A DNA stretch of 64,000 nt from Glaciecola sp. (GTDB lineage Bacteria > Pseudomonadota > Gammaproteobacteria > Enterobacterales > Alteromonadaceae), in the NCBI GenBank assembly GCA_023268935.1, contig JALRKK010000047.1, positions 13,552 through 77,551 of the forward strand. The letters are read 5' to 3'. The first letter of the stretch is position 1; each line of letters opens with the position of its first letter. Shown in pieces: positions 61,525 through 64,000 of this stretch. The translations under genes were made by a program, and so were the position numbers. A model generated the notes under the pieces. It did no database searches. It was not told where the DNA came from and worked only from the letters and a program-made list of their open reading frames with translations.

Positions 61525-64000
61525 ATGGTGCGTACTACCGCTCAAATCAGACAATCCTTTTTAGATTATTTTGCCAAGCACGGTCATCAAACGGTGGCTT
61601 CATCTTCGCTCGTTCCTGCAGATGATCCGACATTATTATTTACCAATGCCGGCATGAATCAGTTTAAAGACGTCTTTTTAGGTACCGAACAACGTAACTA
61701 CCAGCGCGCAGTGTCGTCGCAACGGTGTGTTCGTGCCGGTGGTAAACACAATGACTTAGATACTGTGGGTTACACAGCGCGTCATCATACCTTTTTTGAA
61801 ATGCTTGGTAACTTCTCGTTTGGGGACTACTTTAAAAACGATGCGATTCGCTTCGCGTGGGAGTTTTTGACCTTAGAGTTAGGCCTGCCTAAAGAAAAGC
61901 TTCTTGTCACTGTTTACGCTGAAGACGATGAGGCCTATGGTATTTGGCAAAACGAAATCGGTTTGCCAGAAGACAAAATAATCCGTATTGCCACATCAGA
62001 CAATTTCTGGTCAATGGGCGATACCGGTCCTTGTGGTCCTTGTTCTGAAATATTTTACGATCACGGCGAACACATCTGGGGGGGGCCTCCAGGTTCACCT
62101 GAAGAGGATGGCGATCGTTTTATTGAAATTTGGAACCTAGTATTTATGCAGTTCAATCGTTCTGCTGATGGCACAATGGCACCTTTGCCCAAACCATCGA
62201 TCGATACGGGGATGGGATTAGAACGCATTTCAGCCATACTACAAGATGTGCACAGTAATTATGAGATTGATATTTTTCAAGCGCTGATTAAAGCCGCAGC
62301 TAATGTTGTTGGCACAACTGATCTTGAAGACAAATCACTTCGAGTGATTGCTGACCACATACGTTCTTGTGCATTTTTGATTGCCGATGGTGTCATGCCA
62401 TCTAACGAAGGGCGCGGCTATGTTTTGCGTCGTATTATTCGTCGTGCAGTGCGTCATGGATATAAGTTAGGTGCAGATGATATCTTTTTTTATAAGTTAG
62501 TTTCTGCGTTAAACACTCAAATGGGTGAAGCGTATCCAGAACTTGCTGCTCAACAACCGGTGATTGAAAAAGTCTTGCGTGTAGAAGAAGAGCAGTTTGC
62601 AAAAACACTTGATAGAGGGATGCAGATCTTAAACGCAGAGTTGGCTGACCTTGAAGGTAGTGTGATCCCTGGTCAGACGGTTTTCAAGCTTTATGATACC
62701 TATGGTTTTCCTGCCGATTTAACCGCTGATGTGGCACGCGAACAAAATTTTACGATTGATGAAGATGGTTTCGCCAAGGCGATGCAAGAGCAGCGTGAAA
62801 GAGCACAGTCAGCAAGTAATTTTGGCGCTGATTACAATGAGTTGTTGAGTATAAGCCATCAAACTGAATTTACCGGTTATGATAAGACCGTGTCTGACGC
62901 GACGGTACTTGAACTCATAGTAGACAACCAATCGGTTGAATCAGTAACGGCAGGTCAAACTGCGCTGGTTATTTTAGATAAGACCGCATTTTATGCAGAA
63001 TCGGGTGGTCAAGTTGGTGACTCAGGTGATTTACTTTCGACATCTGGTGATGTGCTTTTTGTGGTACAAGATACACAAAAAGTAAGCAATGCATTTGGTC
63101 ATCAAGGCGTTGCACAACAATCATTAAAAGTTGGTGACGTTGTTAATACTGCTATTGATACTTCTCGACGTCAAGCCATTAAACTCAATCACTCAGCTAC
63201 TCACTTATTGCATGCAGCGTTACGATCATTATTAGGTGAACATGTCCAACAAAAAGGTTCGTTAGTGGATCATGAAAAACTCCGCTTTGATTTTGCGCAT
63301 TTTGAATCGATTACCAATGAGCAGCTAGTGGAAATTGAGTCGATGGTGAATGCTCAAATTCGTCAGAACCATACATTACAAACTCAATTGATGGATTTGG
63401 AAGCGGCAAAAGCTGCAGGGGCAATGGCACTCTTCGGCGAAAAATACGACGATGAAGTGCGCGTGGTATCCATGGGCACGTTTTCGACTGAACTTTGTGG
63501 CGGTACACATGTGTCTGCAACAGGTGACATCGGTTTATTCAAAATCACCTCAGAAAGTGGTATTGCTTCTGGTGTACGACGCATTGAAGCCGTAACGGGT
63601 GAAATTGCACTAAGAGCCATACAAGAACAGCAAGCATCGTTGCAATCTGTAGCTGCCGTACTCAAATCTGACTTGGCAGGCATCGTTAGCAAAGCACAGC
63701 TGCAACAAGATTCGTTCAAAAAATTAGAAAAAGAACTCATTCAACTCAAACAAAAACTGGCGTCTTCTCAGGGCAACGATTTGCTCAGTCAAGTTAAGAA
63801 AGTAGGAGATTACAACCTGTTGGTTGCAAACCTATCAGGTGTTGAAGCAAAAGCCCTACGCGGGATGTTAGATGAGTTGAAACAAAACCTTTCCTCTGGT
63901 TTCATCGTATTAGGTGTACCAGGAGATGGCAAGGTTAACTTAATTGCTGGAGTGACTAGTGATTTGGTTAATGTTGTAAAAGCAGGTGAACTGGTTAACT
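61525..64000 (+). CDS. alaS: Alanine--tRNA ligase (runs off the window)
   Basis: ATG 61525; [50 protein letters not shown]. Confidence 0.98.
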   Translation, partial: MVRTTAQIRQSFLDYFAKHGHQTVASSSLVPADDPTLLFTNAGMNQFKDVFLGTEQRNYQRAVSSQRCVRAGGKHNDLDTVGYTARHHTFFEMLGNFSFGDYFKNDAIRFAWEFLTLELGLPKEKLLVTVYAEDDEAYGIWQNEIGLPEDKIIRIATSDNFWSMGDTGPCGPCSEIFYDHGEHIWGGPPGSPEEDGDRFIEIWNLVFMQFNRSADGTMAPLPKPSIDTGMGLERISAILQDVHSNYEIDIFQALIKAAANVVGTTDLEDKSLRVIADHIRSCAFLIADGVMPSNEGRGYVLRRIIRRAVRHGYKLGADDIFFYKLVSALNTQMGEAYPELAAQQPVIEKVLRVEEEQFAKTLDRGMQILNAELADLEGSVIPGQTVFKLYDTYGFPADLTADVAREQNFTIDEDGFAKAMQEQRERAQSASNFGADYNELLSISHQTEFTGYDKTVSDATVLELIVDNQSVESVTAGQTALVILDKTAFYAESGGQVGDSGDLLSTSGDVLFVVQDTQKVSNAFGHQGVAQQSLKVGDVVNTAIDTSRRQAIKLNHSATHLLHAALRSLLGEHVQQKGSLVDHEKLRFDFAHFESITNEQLVEIESMVNAQIRQNHTLQTQLMDLEAAKAAGAMALFGEKYDDEVRVVSMGTFSTELCGGTHVSATGDIGLFKITSESGIASGVRRIEAVTGEIALRAIQEQQASLQSVAAVLKSDLAGIVSKAQLQQDSFKKLEKELIQLKQKLASSQGNDLLSQVKKVGDYNLLVANLSGVEAKALRGMLDELKQNLSSGFIVLGVPGDGKVNLIAGVTSDLVNVVKAGELVN

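Overview
Mostly core chromosome of a marine gammaproteobacterium; gene order and protein style suggest Alteromonadaceae (inference). In order: rsxABC (rsxC truncated), two tandem tRNA-Asn, a ~670-bp AT-rich intergenic region with a DARS-like DnaA-box cluster and an SOS box, MATE-uvrB, queC/queE, asnB, an M28 peptidase, Yip1 and a NatAB-like ABC exporter. A tauE-pdo-DUF442/sqr sulfide-oxidation cassette converges on a cysD-cysC-cysQ-cysN-SLC13 operon. Then come putP, DUF885, a MoxR/Bat operon, fadIJ, an M16 peptidase, sixA, yfjD-ypjD-ffh-rpsP-rimM-trmD-rplS and a stand-alone fliA-like sigma factor with a sigma54 promoter. The window ends with a Met-box-controlled metA plus split metH, an 833-aa cobalamin-dependent radical SAM enzyme, an M13 peptidase, a FemAB-like GNAT, recX and alaS (truncated). 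I saw no mobile elements, CRISPR arrays or rRNA. The best candidate for an undescribed system is the radical SAM enzyme, which has two apparent N-terminal RRE/PqqD-like domains but no visible precursor peptide. The DARS-like element and the orphan FliA are next. All calls come from motif reading only; no searches were run.
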